Source: a virus
Direction: 5' to 3' (one strand)
IMG/VR virus record: IMGVR_UViG_3300047557_003310
Location: 32,001-96,000 of that record
DNA: 64,000 nucleotides
Position 1 is the first letter of the stretch. The number at the start of each line of letters is the position of its first letter. Shown piece by piece: positions 20,093 to 30,224 of this stretch. A program made the translations under genes and the position numbers. Below the pieces are notes generated by a model. It did no database searches, was not told where the DNA came from, and worked only from the letters and a program-made list of their open reading frames with translations.

Positions 20093-21130
20093 ATGTTAGT
20101 TGCATTAATTACTGATACTCATTGGGGAGCAAGAAAGTCTTCTAAGTTGTTTCAAGACTATTTTGAGCAATTCTATAAAAATATTTTTTTTCCTAAATTA
20201 GAAGAACTTAATATTGAGACTGTAGTTCATCTTGGTGATGCATTTGATAACAGAAAATCAATTGATTTATTTGGTTTGGAATGGACTAAAAGAGTGGTGT
20301 TAGATCCACTTAGCAAATATAATGTACATTTAATCAGTGGAAATCATGATGTATATTTTAAATCTACTAATCGTATAAATTCACCAGATTTGCTTCTTTC
20401 GGAGTATCCAAATATAAAGGTTTATTCAAATCCAACTGAAATTGATATTCATGGACTTAATACAGTTCTCGTGCCTTGGATAAATCAAGAAAATGAGATT
20501 GAGGTTATAAATTTAATCAATCAAACTAAATCGAACATTCTTATGGGTCATTTGGAATTGAACGGTTTTGTTGCACATAAAGGACATACAATGGAAGATG
20601 GTAGAGACCCATCTATGTTCAATAAATTTAAAAAAGTTTTTTCTGGACATTACCATACTAGATCCGATAACGGAAAAATATATTATATGGGAAATCCATA
20701 CGAAATATATTTTAATGATGTTGACGAAGTTAGAGGATTTGTTATTTTAGATACAGAAACTTTAGAGCATTATTATATTGATAATCCATATAAAATGCAC
20801 TACAATTTATATTATGAAGATACACCACATCAAACTCTAAATTCTAAAAATTTTGAGAACAAAATAATTAAAGTAATAGTTAGAAAAAAAACAAAAGTAA
20901 AATTATTTGAAAGCTATATCGATAAAATTCTTAAATCTAATGTTGCTGAATTAAAAATAGTAGAAAATCATATTTCAGTAGATACGGAAGAATTTGACGT
21001 TTCATTAGAAAATGAAGACACACTATCTTTACTACAAAGATTCATTGATGAAAGTGAAATGGAATTAAATAAAGATATGATAAAAAATATCTTAAAAGAT
21101 GTTTACAGAGAGGCTTGCGAGATGGTATAA
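20093..21130 (+). CDS. gp47: recombination endonuclease subunit gp47 (Mre11/SbcD-like)
   Basis: DTHWG, HLGDAFD, GNHD, SGHYH. Confidence 0.96.
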   Translation: MLVALITDTHWGARKSSKLFQDYFEQFYKNIFFPKLEELNIETVVHLGDAFDNRKSIDLFGLEWTKRVVLDPLSKYNVHLISGNHDVYFKSTNRINSPDLLLSEYPNIKVYSNPTEIDIHGLNTVLVPWINQENEIEVINLINQTKSNILMGHLELNGFVAHKGHTMEDGRDPSMFNKFKKVFSGHYHTRSDNGKIYYMGNPYEIYFNDVDEVRGFVILDTETLEHYYIDNPYKMHYNLYYEDTPHQTLNSKNFENKIIKVIVRKKTKVKLFESYIDKILKSNVAELKIVENHISVDTEEFDVSLENEDTLSLLQRFIDESEMELNKDMIKNILKDVYREACEMV

Positions 21131-21390
21131 TGTTTTTGATAACACTAGACGGAAGAGAAACTGATGGAGCATATTCCGTGATGAATGAAGACGGAAAAAA
21201 AGTAGTCTTCTTTTTCCAAGAAGAAGACGATGCTGTTCGTTATGCTTTAATGCTAGAAGAGTCCGGTATGCCAGAAACTCATGTTATAGAATATGATGAT
21301 CAAATTTTAATAAAAACATGTGAGGTTACTGGAAATCTCTATACCGTTATTACACCCAATGATATTGTTATTCCACCCAAAGGTATATGA
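21130..21390 (+). CDS. hypothetical protein (DUF3110-like)
   Basis: FQEEDDAVRYALMLE; TAATG overlap with the gp47 stop favours start 21130. Confidence 0.7.
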   Translation: MFLITLDGRETDGAYSVMNEDGKKVVFFFQEEDDAVRYALMLEESGMPETHVIEYDDQILIKTCEVTGNLYTVITPNDIVIPPKGI

Positions 21391-23111
21391 TCATATTTAA
21401 AAAAGTAAAATTTAAAAATTTTCTTTCTTTTGGTAATACTTTTACTGAAATTAATCTGGATAAAAATGGCAACACTTGCATTCTAGGTAAAAATGGAAGT
21501 GGCAAAAGTTCATTTATGGATGCAATTACTTATGGGTTATTTGGGAAATCTTATCGTTTAGTAAATAAGCCACAATTAATCAATTCAATTAACGAAAAGG
21601 AGTGTTTGGTTGAAATTGAATTTAGAATTGGCACAGTAAATTGGAAAGTAAGAAGAGGACAGAAGCCAAATATATTTGAAATATATAAAGAACAAACTTT
21701 GTTGGATCAAAACGCATCTTCAGTAGATCAACAAAAATGGTTCGAGCAAAATATATTAAAAATAAATTATAAGTCATTTACTCAAATTGTAATCTTGGGT
21801 AATAGTAACTTTACTCCGTTTATGCAACTACCAGCAGCAAGTAGGAGAGAAGTCATTGAAGAATTGTTAGATATTAAAATATTTTCTTCGATGAATTCTG
21901 TTGTTAAAGATAAAATAAAATCATTAAAAGAAGAAGTAAAGGTACTAGAAATAAAAAAAGATTTACTAGAAGATAAAGTTAAAATGCAAATCAATTTTAT
22001 TGATGATGTAGAAAAAACTGGGAAAGATGAAATTTTAAATAAATTAGACAAAATTAAAAAATTAGAATCTTATATCAACGACGTAGACTCAGAAAATAGT
22101 AATTTAATTTCACAGGTAGAAGATTTAAATTTAAAATTAAAAGATTATACTGGAGCATCAGATAAACTTAAAAAATTAGGAACAATTAAGGGAAAATTAG
22201 CACAAAAAGTTTCTACTGTAACTAGTAATCACAAATTTTTTCTTGATACTTCTACTTGTCCAACTTGTACTCAGTCTATAAATGATGATTTGAAGCAAGA
22301 AAAAATTGGAGAATGTCAAACTTCCATAGATGAATTAAAATTAGCATATGAACATATTAAACAATCTATGGAAGAAGAAGAAGTAAGAGAAAAAAATTTC
22401 TCACAAATATCCAATAATATAATTAGTTTAAATCATAGAATTTCTCAAAATAATTTAAAACAATCTCAAAGTAAAACTCAAATCAAAGATATTAGTACAG
22501 AAATTAAAGAAATAAAAGAAAGATTACAAAATAAAAATGCCGAACACCAAAAACTAAATCAACTTGAATCGGAATTAAAGCAAATAAAAAAAGAATACTT
22601 AGATAAGAAACAAAATATACATTATACTGAATATGTTTCTATTATGCTAAAAGATGGAGGAGTCAAATCTAAAATAATTAAAAAATACTTACCATTAATC
22701 AATCAACAAGTTAACAAATATTTGAAAATGATGGATTTTTACATCAATTTCAATTTAGATGAAGAATTTAATGAATCAATTTGTACTCCAATATATGAAG
22801 ATTTTAGTTACTCTTCATTCTCTGAAGGCCAAAGACAAAGAATTAATTTAGCGTTACTTTTTACTTGGAGGGATCTAGCAAAAATTAAAAATTCAACTAA
22901 TGTTAATATTTTAGTGTTGGATGAAGTATTCGATTCTTCTTTGGATTCAGCTGGAACTGATGATTTTTTAAGAATCATTAAAACAGTCATAAAAGATTCT
23001 ACGATTTTTGTTATTTCACATAAAGACGGAATACAAGATAAATTTAATAATGTGATAGAATTTGAAAAGAAAGGAAATTTTTCTACTATGAAATTGGATT
23101 GTGCCAGTTAA
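21387..23111 (+). CDS. gp46: recombination ATPase gp46 (Rad50/SbcC-like)
   Basis: GKNGSGKS, CPTC zinc hook, FSEGQ, LDEVFD. Confidence 0.97.
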   Translation: MIIFKKVKFKNFLSFGNTFTEINLDKNGNTCILGKNGSGKSSFMDAITYGLFGKSYRLVNKPQLINSINEKECLVEIEFRIGTVNWKVRRGQKPNIFEIYKEQTLLDQNASSVDQQKWFEQNILKINYKSFTQIVILGNSNFTPFMQLPAASRREVIEELLDIKIFSSMNSVVKDKIKSLKEEVKVLEIKKDLLEDKVKMQINFIDDVEKTGKDEILNKLDKIKKLESYINDVDSENSNLISQVEDLNLKLKDYTGASDKLKKLGTIKGKLAQKVSTVTSNHKFFLDTSTCPTCTQSINDDLKQEKIGECQTSIDELKLAYEHIKQSMEEEEVREKNFSQISNNIISLNHRISQNNLKQSQSKTQIKDISTEIKEIKERLQNKNAEHQKLNQLESELKQIKKEYLDKKQNIHYTEYVSIMLKDGGVKSKIIKKYLPLINQQVNKYLKMMDFYINFNLDEEFNESICTPIYEDFSYSSFSEGQRQRINLALLFTWRDLAKIKNSTNVNILVLDEVFDSSLDSAGTDDFLRIIKTVIKDSTIFVISHKDGIQDKFNNVIEFEKKGNFSTMKLDCAS

Positions 23112-23124
23112 ATTTGTGTCTTTC

Positions 23125-23148
23125 AAACCACCATTTGGTGGTTTTTTT
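23125..23148 (+). terminator. intrinsic terminator after gp46
   Basis: AAACCACCA-TT-TGGTGGTTT inverted repeat plus T-tract. Confidence 0.7.
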
Positions 23149-23179
23149 GTGTATAATAATTCCACATTAAATTAATTTC

Positions 23180-25291
23180 ATGAAACCAAAGCACGAAATC
23201 TACGGTAATCTCGCTCGTCTTCTTGCTACTGAGAATCTTGACATTGTACACAAAAATGTAGAAACTGCATCATTTAATGTAGATAGCAGAACCCTGACTC
23301 TTCCGATTTGGGATAAAGCTTCTGATACTGTATATCAGCTTTTGCTTAGTCATGAAGCTGGTCATGCAATCTATACTTCTACAGAAGATTGGTCAAAATT
23401 GACTGATGTTCCAATGCAATTTTTGAATGTAACAGAAGATGTTAGGATTGAAAAGTTGATGAAGCGTAGATATCCTGGACTCAAAAAGACATTTTTTAAT
23501 GGATATAAAGAATTGAATGATGAAGATTTTTTTGGAATTGCAGATGATGATATTACAGAATATAATTTTGCAGATAAAGTAAATCTATATTTTAAAATTG
23601 GAAACTTCATAAATTTACAATTTACCGAAATTGAAACAAAAATTTTGGATCAAATCCAAGAGGCTGAAACTTTTACTGATGCAATTAAAGCAGCAGAAGT
23701 TCTTTACGAGTATTGCAAAAAGGAAGAAAGTAAAATTGATAATATTACAAAGGATCTAACGCAATCTGGTTCACTTTCATCTGATTATAGTGAAAATCAA
23801 CAACAAAATCAAAACGAAGAAATCAATTCAGAATCTTCATCTTCAGATGATAGTAAAAAGAGCAGTAGTAATAATGATATTCCCAACTCAAGTAAAGAAG
23901 ACTCTAACACGAATGAAAAGAAAAATAATGACTACGATTCTTCTTTGGGCTCAAACTACATTAAAACTGCCAATTCCTTCTCGAAGGCAGTGAATAATTT
24001 GCGTGATACTGATAATAAGGATATTGCATATTTGGAAGTACCAAAGTTAAATCTCGATCAAGTAGTAGTCAAGACAAAAAAAATTCATTCTTTGTGCCAA
24101 AGGTATTGGGATGAACATTCAGACTCGTGTGATTTTTCAGCTGTGGATGCTGATTATATCAAATTTAAAAATTCTGCAAAGAAAGAAGTAAATTATTTGG
24201 TAAAAGAATTTGAATGTAAAAAAGCTGCAGATGCCTACTCCAAATCATCTGAATCTAAAACCGGAGTTTTGGATTGTAGTTCTCTTTATTCCTACAAATA
24301 CAATGAAGATATTTTCAAAAAAATCATCACGGTACCAGAAGGTAAAAATCATGGATTGATTTTTATTTTAGATTGGTCTGGATCAATGGACACGGTAATC
24401 TTAGAGACATGCCGTCAACTTTTTAATTTGATTTGGTTCTGTAAGAGATCTTCAATTCCTTTTGAAGTATATGCATTTACAAATTCCTGGTCATATTCTT
24501 ATGGTAAATGTCTAGGAGCAGAGAACGATACAATTTTAGTTGATGGCAATTTTAATTTACTGAATTTTATTTCTAGTTCTGTAAATTCTACTACTTTAGA
24601 GCAACATATGAAAAATATGTATAGACTTGCTTACTACTTTAGTCATGCAACAAATTACAACATACCTTCACAATTATCTTTATCTGGGACTCCACTGAAT
24701 GAAACTATGATCGCTTTACATCAAATCATTCCAGAATTCCAGAAAAAAACCAAAGTACAAAAAGTACAATGTGTAGTTTTAACTGATGGAGAAGCTAGTG
24801 CACTTAATCGTGTCAATTTTTATGAAGGCAAAAAATGTAGCTCAATAATTGGAAATAATTGTTTTCTTCGAGATAGGAATTTAAAAACAACTTATAACTT
24901 TCCTCGTTATTCTTATTATGCAAGTCACAAATTTACTGATGTCCTCCTGAAACATTTGAAAGATGTGTTCCCTTCAGTTAACTTCATTGGAATTCGACTT
25001 CTAACCAATGGAGAAATTGTAAGTTTTGTGAAACAACATATGGAAGATTGCACACTTGAACAGCATGGTAAAATTATGTCAGATTGGAAAAAATACAAGT
25101 CATGTTCTTTGGCTTTATCTGGTTATGATTGTTACTTTGGAATTCATTCCAGTTCTTTGGGGAACAATTCTGAGTTTGAAGTGAGCGAATCTCCATCTAT
25201 CGTTGACATTAGAAATGCATTCAAAAAATCACTGCAATCCAAAAAAATGAATAAAAAGATTCTTTCTCAATTCGTAGATTTGATCGCCTAA
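23180..25291 (+). CDS. peptidase-like/VWA-domain protein (CobT-like partner of the AAA ATPase)
   Basis: N-terminal HEAGH; MIDAS DWSGS...GTP...TDG. Confidence 0.85.
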   Translation: MKPKHEIYGNLARLLATENLDIVHKNVETASFNVDSRTLTLPIWDKASDTVYQLLLSHEAGHAIYTSTEDWSKLTDVPMQFLNVTEDVRIEKLMKRRYPGLKKTFFNGYKELNDEDFFGIADDDITEYNFADKVNLYFKIGNFINLQFTEIETKILDQIQEAETFTDAIKAAEVLYEYCKKEESKIDNITKDLTQSGSLSSDYSENQQQNQNEEINSESSSSDDSKKSSSNNDIPNSSKEDSNTNEKKNNDYDSSLGSNYIKTANSFSKAVNNLRDTDNKDIAYLEVPKLNLDQVVVKTKKIHSLCQRYWDEHSDSCDFSAVDADYIKFKNSAKKEVNYLVKEFECKKAADAYSKSSESKTGVLDCSSLYSYKYNEDIFKKIITVPEGKNHGLIFILDWSGSMDTVILETCRQLFNLIWFCKRSSIPFEVYAFTNSWSYSYGKCLGAENDTILVDGNFNLLNFISSSVNSTTLEQHMKNMYRLAYYFSHATNYNIPSQLSLSGTPLNETMIALHQIIPEFQKKTKVQKVQCVVLTDGEASALNRVNFYEGKKCSSIIGNNCFLRDRNLKTTYNFPRYSYYASHKFTDVLLKHLKDVFPSVNFIGIRLLTNGEIVSFVKQHMEDCTLEQHGKIMSDWKKYKSCSLALSGYDCYFGIHSSSLGNNSEFEVSESPSIVDIRNAFKKSLQSKKMNKKILSQFVDLIA

Positions 25292-25369
25292 TCCAATTTT
25301 TAAACCGTCCATGGGCTTACCTCTTTTTCCCATGGACTTGCTATAATTAAAAAGTTCCAAATCCAAACC

Positions 25370-26482
25370 ATGAAATTGAAAATGACTGAGAACAACATTA
25401 TTTCAGATCTCCTTGATATGTTCGGTAGTAATATTACTTCTGCAGAAATTAAAGCTTATTGTGCAATGAAAGATGTTTCATATCCTACTGTAACTCGTCG
25501 ATTGGAAAAGTATAAGTCTGGTCATGGTAAATGGAATTTAGAAGTCACATTAGAAGCTATTGATTCAATCGAAAAATCATATTCTGCTCCAGCGGTTGAA
25601 CCAGAAGTAGAAAAAAATCTTATTCCAGAACGAGATCCTAATTTTGTTTCTTTTGGTAATTTTTCTGATATTAAGAAAGTAATTTCATCTGGCATCTTTT
25701 ACCCAGTGTTTATTACTGGTCTATCTGGTAATGGTAAAACTATGGCAGTTGAGCAAGCATGTGCTCAACTTAAACGAGAATTGATTCGATTCAATGTAAC
25801 TGTAGAAACAGATTCTGATGATTTGATTGGAGGGTTTCGTCTTCAAAATGGAGATACAGTTTGGCACAATGGTCCTGTAGTTGAAGCAATGGAACGAGGT
25901 GCAATTCTACTTCTTGATGAATGTGATCTAGCCTCCAATAAGATCATGGTTCTACAGTCTGTGCTAGAAGGCAAACCACTGTTTCTTAAAAAGATTGGTA
26001 AAGTCATTCATCCTAAGCAAGGTTTTAATATTATTGCCACCGCTAACACAAAAGGTAAAGGTTCAGATGACGGAAGATTCATTGGAACTAATGTACTTAA
26101 TGAAGCGTTTCTAGAAAGGTTTAGTGTTACTTTTGAACAACAATACCCAACAACCTCAGTAGAAATTAAGATTCTCACAAAACTAGCAAAATCTATTGGT
26201 CTTGATGATCAGGATGATTTTATTCGTAAACTTGTTAATTGGAGTGATACAATCCGTAAAACATTTTTTGATGGTGGAATCGATGAAGTTATTTCCACTC
26301 GTCGTTTAATCCATCTTCTGAAAGCTTATGTGATCTTTAATAATAAAGTAAAAGCAATCAAATATAGTATTGCTCGATTTGACGAAGAAACTAAATCTTC
26401 TTTCATGGAGCTTTATGAAAAGATTGATGAAGACTTTGTGATTAATCAAACTGAAGAGGTTGACTCAGAGGAAACTATCTGA
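25370..26482 (+). CDS. cobS: CobS/MoxR-like AAA+ ATPase
   Basis: GLSGNGKT, LLLDE, NEAFLERF. Confidence 0.9.
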   Translation: MKLKMTENNIISDLLDMFGSNITSAEIKAYCAMKDVSYPTVTRRLEKYKSGHGKWNLEVTLEAIDSIEKSYSAPAVEPEVEKNLIPERDPNFVSFGNFSDIKKVISSGIFYPVFITGLSGNGKTMAVEQACAQLKRELIRFNVTVETDSDDLIGGFRLQNGDTVWHNGPVVEAMERGAILLLDECDLASNKIMVLQSVLEGKPLFLKKIGKVIHPKQGFNIIATANTKGKGSDDGRFIGTNVLNEAFLERFSVTFEQQYPTTSVEIKILTKLAKSIGLDDQDDFIRKLVNWSDTIRKTFFDGGIDEVISTRRLIHLLKAYVIFNNKVKAIKYSIARFDEETKSSFMELYEKIDEDFVINQTEEVDSEETI

Positions 26483-26488
26483 TATAAT
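26460..26488 (+). promoter_or_regulatory. sigma70-type promoter
   Basis: TTGACT-17-TATAAT. Confidence 0.7.
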
Positions 26489-26518
26489 TGAGGGAGGTAA
26501 TATTCCTCCCTTTTTAAC

Positions 26519-26935
26519 ATGAAACAAAATGATTTTTCATTAATCCCAGCCATTAATGATCCAAATGAAAAAAGTATATTGTTTAATGTAGACGACAAAA
26601 TTATTTTTGATTTTAATGCACTAGAGGACAATAAAATGTATACATCTGAATCCACTAACAACTTTTGGAAATATAATGAAGACAAAATACTGAAACAACT
26701 AGAGGAGTATATTAAAGGTACATATCGTCAACATTATGTTGATCGAACTGGAGGTGGAACCGAACAAACCTTAGATAAGATTAAACATAATCGTCGTGAA
26801 GGATTTTGCGCAGGTAATGTCACAAAATATATTGATAGGTATGATACTAAAGGAACACCTAGAGCAGACTTATTCAAGGTACTCCACTATACTATTCTCC
26901 TAATTAATCATCTTAATCTAATTGAAAACAAATGA
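26519..26935 (+). CDS. conserved hypothetical (DUF3310/SaV-like)
   Basis: TYRQHY, FCAGNVTKYIDRY, DLFKVLHY. Confidence 0.75.
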   Translation: MKQNDFSLIPAINDPNEKSILFNVDDKIIFDFNALEDNKMYTSESTNNFWKYNEDKILKQLEEYIKGTYRQHYVDRTGGGTEQTLDKIKHNRREGFCAGNVTKYIDRYDTKGTPRADLFKVLHYTILLINHLNLIENK

Positions 26936-27600
26936 AACTTTCTAGTGACACTCTTATTATTCTAAAGAACTTTGCTTCCATTAATCAATCGATTTTTGTT
27001 AGAAAAGGAAATAACCTTCGCACAATGTCAGTGATGAAAAATGTCTTGGCAGAGGCAGTTGTAGAGGAAGAATTTCCCAAAAATTTTGCTATTTACGATT
27101 TAAATCAATTCCTGAATGGGATTAGTCTACATGACAACCCAGAATTAGACTTCTCAAATGATTCTTATTTGAATATTTTAGAAGGAAAAAGGAAAGTGAA
27201 ATATTTCTTTGCTGATCCTTCTGTGATTGTGTCTCCACCAGAAAAGGAGATCAAATTACCAACAGATGATGTAAAATTCGAATTGGAGCATTCTCAACTA
27301 GAAAAACTACTTAAAGCATCTGCAGTATATCAACTTCCAGATCTTGCAGCAGTTGGAGAAAATGGGACAATTAGTTTAGTAGTTAGGGATAAGAAGAATG
27401 ATACTTCTAATGAGTTTTCTATTGTAGTTGGTGAGACCGAGAACGTATTTACATTCAACTTTAAAGTTGAAAATATTAAGATTCTCCCAGGTGCATATAA
27501 TGTTTGTATCTCCAATAAACTTTTATCTAGATTTGAGAGTAAATCAAGAAATGTTAAGTACCACATTGCTCTAGAGCCAGATTCGACCTACATGGATTAA
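26932..27600 (+). CDS. gp45: sliding clamp gp45
   Basis: LKNFASINQS, FAIYDLNQFL, HIALE. Confidence 0.96.
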   Translation: MKLSSDTLIILKNFASINQSIFVRKGNNLRTMSVMKNVLAEAVVEEEFPKNFAIYDLNQFLNGISLHDNPELDFSNDSYLNILEGKRKVKYFFADPSVIVSPPEKEIKLPTDDVKFELEHSQLEKLLKASAVYQLPDLAAVGENGTISLVVRDKKNDTSNEFSIVVGETENVFTFNFKVENIKILPGAYNVCISNKLLSRFESKSRNVKYHIALEPDSTYMD

Positions 27601-27617
27601 GAATAAGATATTACATC

Positions 27618-28130
27618 ATGAACATCTTTGTGACTTCTCCTTGGCCTGCCGAAAGTGCCATTTGTCTCCCAGACAAGCACATCGTCAAGATGCCCCTAGA
27701 GTGCTGCCAAATGCTCTCTATTGTTGCATCAGAAAAATGGGGACACGGGTACGGCACTCTTCCTAAGGCAGATGGAACGCCTTACAAAACCGAGAAAGGA
27801 GCATTCCGCAATCATCCCTGTACCAAGTGGGCAATGGAAAGTATCCATAATGCCTACTGGCTAATCAAGTGGGGTTTAAATTTGTCCGATGAATACTGCC
27901 TGCGGTATAATAAAACTCATTCTTGCTATAAAACTCTTGTAGATGCTTTCTACTTGTTCCCTAAAGGTAAGATTACAGAAGTAACTCCATTTGCTCGCGC
28001 AATGCCAGATGAGTATAAACTTGACACAAGCATTGACACTTTTACTGCTTACAAGATGTATATCGCATCCAAACCTTGGGTTGCATCTAATTATCTTCGT
28101 ATGCCGCAACGAAAACCTGATTGGATTTAA
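27618..28130 (+). CDS. denV: pyrimidine-dimer DNA glycosylase/endonuclease V-like
   Basis: MNIF, DKHIVKMPLE, NHPCTKW. Confidence 0.75.
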   Translation: MNIFVTSPWPAESAICLPDKHIVKMPLECCQMLSIVASEKWGHGYGTLPKADGTPYKTEKGAFRNHPCTKWAMESIHNAYWLIKWGLNLSDEYCLRYNKTHSCYKTLVDAFYLFPKGKITEVTPFARAMPDEYKLDTSIDTFTAYKMYIASKPWVASNYLRMPQRKPDWI

Positions 28131-28136
28131 TTAATT

Positions 28137-28292
28137 ATGGGATATTTTAAATTGTCATTTATGTTATGGAAAGAACTGATGCTTTTTGATGGTACAGTTC
28201 CTGGGTTTTATTTCTCTGATTGCTATTATGATTTCTGGGATTATTTGAATTATTCTTATGTTATCGGTGAAGTAAAGAATTATGGCAAGTGA
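28137..28292 (+). CDS. 51-aa aromatic-rich hypothetical (not in ORF track)
   Basis: Hand translation MGYFKLSFMLWKELMLFDG...FWDYLNYSYVIGEVKNYGK; fills the gap. Confidence 0.5.
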   Translation: MGYFKLSFMLWKELMLFDGTVPGFYFSDCYYDFWDYLNYSYVIGEVKNYGK

Positions 28293-28329
28293 ATTTGTTC
28301 TAACGGAAGAATAAAGGCCGCAAGTGACT
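28282..28329 (+). pseudogene. decayed 5' fragment of a second gp44 allele
   Basis: Reads MASEFVLTEE*RPQVT, co-linear with gp44 MVRDFIFVEKYAPQKV. Confidence 0.6.
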
Positions 28330-28360
28330 GTAACTCTATTTAAAAAATTTTCTTAATATT

Positions 28361-29299
28361 ATGGTACGTGATTTTATTTTTGTTGAAAAATATGCTCCAC
28401 AAAAAGTTAAAGACTGTATTCTACCGGATTCTCTGAAAAAGTTTTTTACAGAAATAAGGGAATCAACCAAAGTTCCTAATATGATTCTTTCTGGTCCACC
28501 TGGAATTGGGAAGACATCTACTATTAAAGCATTGGCAAATGAATTAGAAAGAGATTTTATGGTAATAAATGGATCGGATGAACGATCTATTGATGTGATT
28601 AGAAATAAAGTTAAAAATTATGCTTCTACTTTGTCATTGTCAACTACAGGTAAAAAAATACTTTTAATAGATGAAGCAGACAATTTAACTCACGACGCTC
28701 AACTTGCATTAAGAGCTTCTATCGAAGACCTACAAAAGAATTGTACATTTATTTTTACGTGTAATTATAAAAATAAATTAATTCCACCTATTCATTCTCG
28801 TGCTGCTGCTATTGACTTTTCTATTCCACCAAAGGAAAAGCCAAAATTAGCGGCAGATTTTATGAAAAGAATTCTTCTCATTTTAGATACAGAGAAAATA
28901 GAATATGAAACTTCTGTTTTAGTTGCGATTATTAATAAGTATTTTCCAGATTTTAGGAGAACACTCAACGAAATTCAAAGATATTCTTCTAGTGGAAAAA
29001 TAGATTCTGGAATTTTAGCGCAAATTTCTGATATAAAAATTTCTAATTTAATTAAAAATTTGAAGGATAAAAATTTTACTGAAGTTAGAAAGTGGGTGAT
29101 TCAAAATATGGATAATGATCCAAATAAAATTTTGCGAAAGATTTATGATAATTTATATGAATCTGCTGTAGAATCTACTATACCATCTGCTATTTTAATT
29201 ATTTCTAAGTATCAGTATAGAAGTGCATTTGTAGCGGATAACGAGATTAATCTTCTTGCTTGTCTAACTGAAATTATGTGTGAAGTAGAATGGAAGTAA
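28361..29299 (+). CDS. gp44: clamp loader large subunit gp44
   Basis: GPPGIGKT, IDEAD, FPDFRR. Confidence 0.96.
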   Translation: MVRDFIFVEKYAPQKVKDCILPDSLKKFFTEIRESTKVPNMILSGPPGIGKTSTIKALANELERDFMVINGSDERSIDVIRNKVKNYASTLSLSTTGKKILLIDEADNLTHDAQLALRASIEDLQKNCTFIFTCNYKNKLIPPIHSRAAAIDFSIPPKEKPKLAADFMKRILLILDTEKIEYETSVLVAIINKYFPDFRRTLNEIQRYSSSGKIDSGILAQISDIKISNLIKNLKDKNFTEVRKWVIQNMDNDPNKILRKIYDNLYESAVESTIPSAILIISKYQYRSAFVADNEINLLACLTEIMCEVEWK

Positions 29300-29682
29300 A
29301 TTATGAACTTAAAGATTGGATGAATTCAATTAATTTTACTAAAGAAAATTTAATTGAATCTAATCCAGAAAACATAAAATCATATCCACCTTATATTATA
29401 AATAAGTGCTTGTCCTCTCATATTGATAGCATATTATTTGCAAATGAGATGAATATTAGTAATAATCTTGATAAAGATATGCAGTATTTATTTTATCTAA
29501 ATAGTTTGAGAAAAAAGAAGAGATATTCTTCTTGGATCACTAAAAATAAGGTAGAAAATTTAGAATATATAAAAAAATATTATGGTTATAATGATGAGAA
29601 AGCTTCTCAAATTCTAAATATTTTAACTAAAGATCAAATTAATTTTATTAAAAAAAGACTTGATATCGGTGGAACGAAATGA
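29290..29682 (+). CDS. gp62: clamp loader small subunit gp62
   Basis: YPPYIINKCLS, ANEMN, YYGYN. Confidence 0.93.
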   Translation: MEVNYELKDWMNSINFTKENLIESNPENIKSYPPYIINKCLSSHIDSILFANEMNISNNLDKDMQYLFYLNSLRKKKRYSSWITKNKVENLEYIKKYYGYNDEKASQILNILTKDQINFIKKRLDIGGTK

Positions 29683-30116
29683 CTACTATCAATGAACCCC
29701 AAGTAAACTGGACTCCAGATATGATGGTTGAGGTTACTTTATCTGAGCCAGATGATTTTTTGAAGGTTAGAGAAACACTTACTAGAATTGGTGTTGCATC
29801 AAGAAAAGAAAAAAAATTGTATCAATCTGTACATATTTTACACAAACAAGGTAGATACTATCTTGTTAGTTTTAAAGAATTGTTTGCTTTGGATGGTAAG
29901 CACGCAAATCTAACTGTTAATGATGTACAACGTAGAAATCGTATTATTAAACTTCTTTCTGATTGGGGTTTAGTTTCTGTAGTAAATCCAGATAAAGTAT
30001 CTGATATTGCTCCTTTAAATCAGATAAAGGTTTTACCTTACAAAGAAAAAGACGAATGGATACTAGAAGCAAAGTATTCTATTGGATCAAAAAAGAAAGT
30101 TGTAGAAACCGATTGA
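29679..30116 (+). CDS. regA: translational repressor RegA
   Basis: DDFLKVRETLTRIG, HILHKQGRYY. Confidence 0.97.
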   Translation: MTTINEPQVNWTPDMMVEVTLSEPDDFLKVRETLTRIGVASRKEKKLYQSVHILHKQGRYYLVSFKELFALDGKHANLTVNDVQRRNRIIKLLSDWGLVSVVNPDKVSDIAPLNQIKVLPYKEKDEWILEAKYSIGSKKKVVETD

Positions 30117-30224
30117 TTTTTTAGGGAGTTCCGTACTTCCATTTTTTATGTTCTCCAATATATAATTTAAGTGTTGGATGCTTCGGGTTCAACACTTTTA
30201 ACTTGCTTAAAAAGGAGAAACAAC

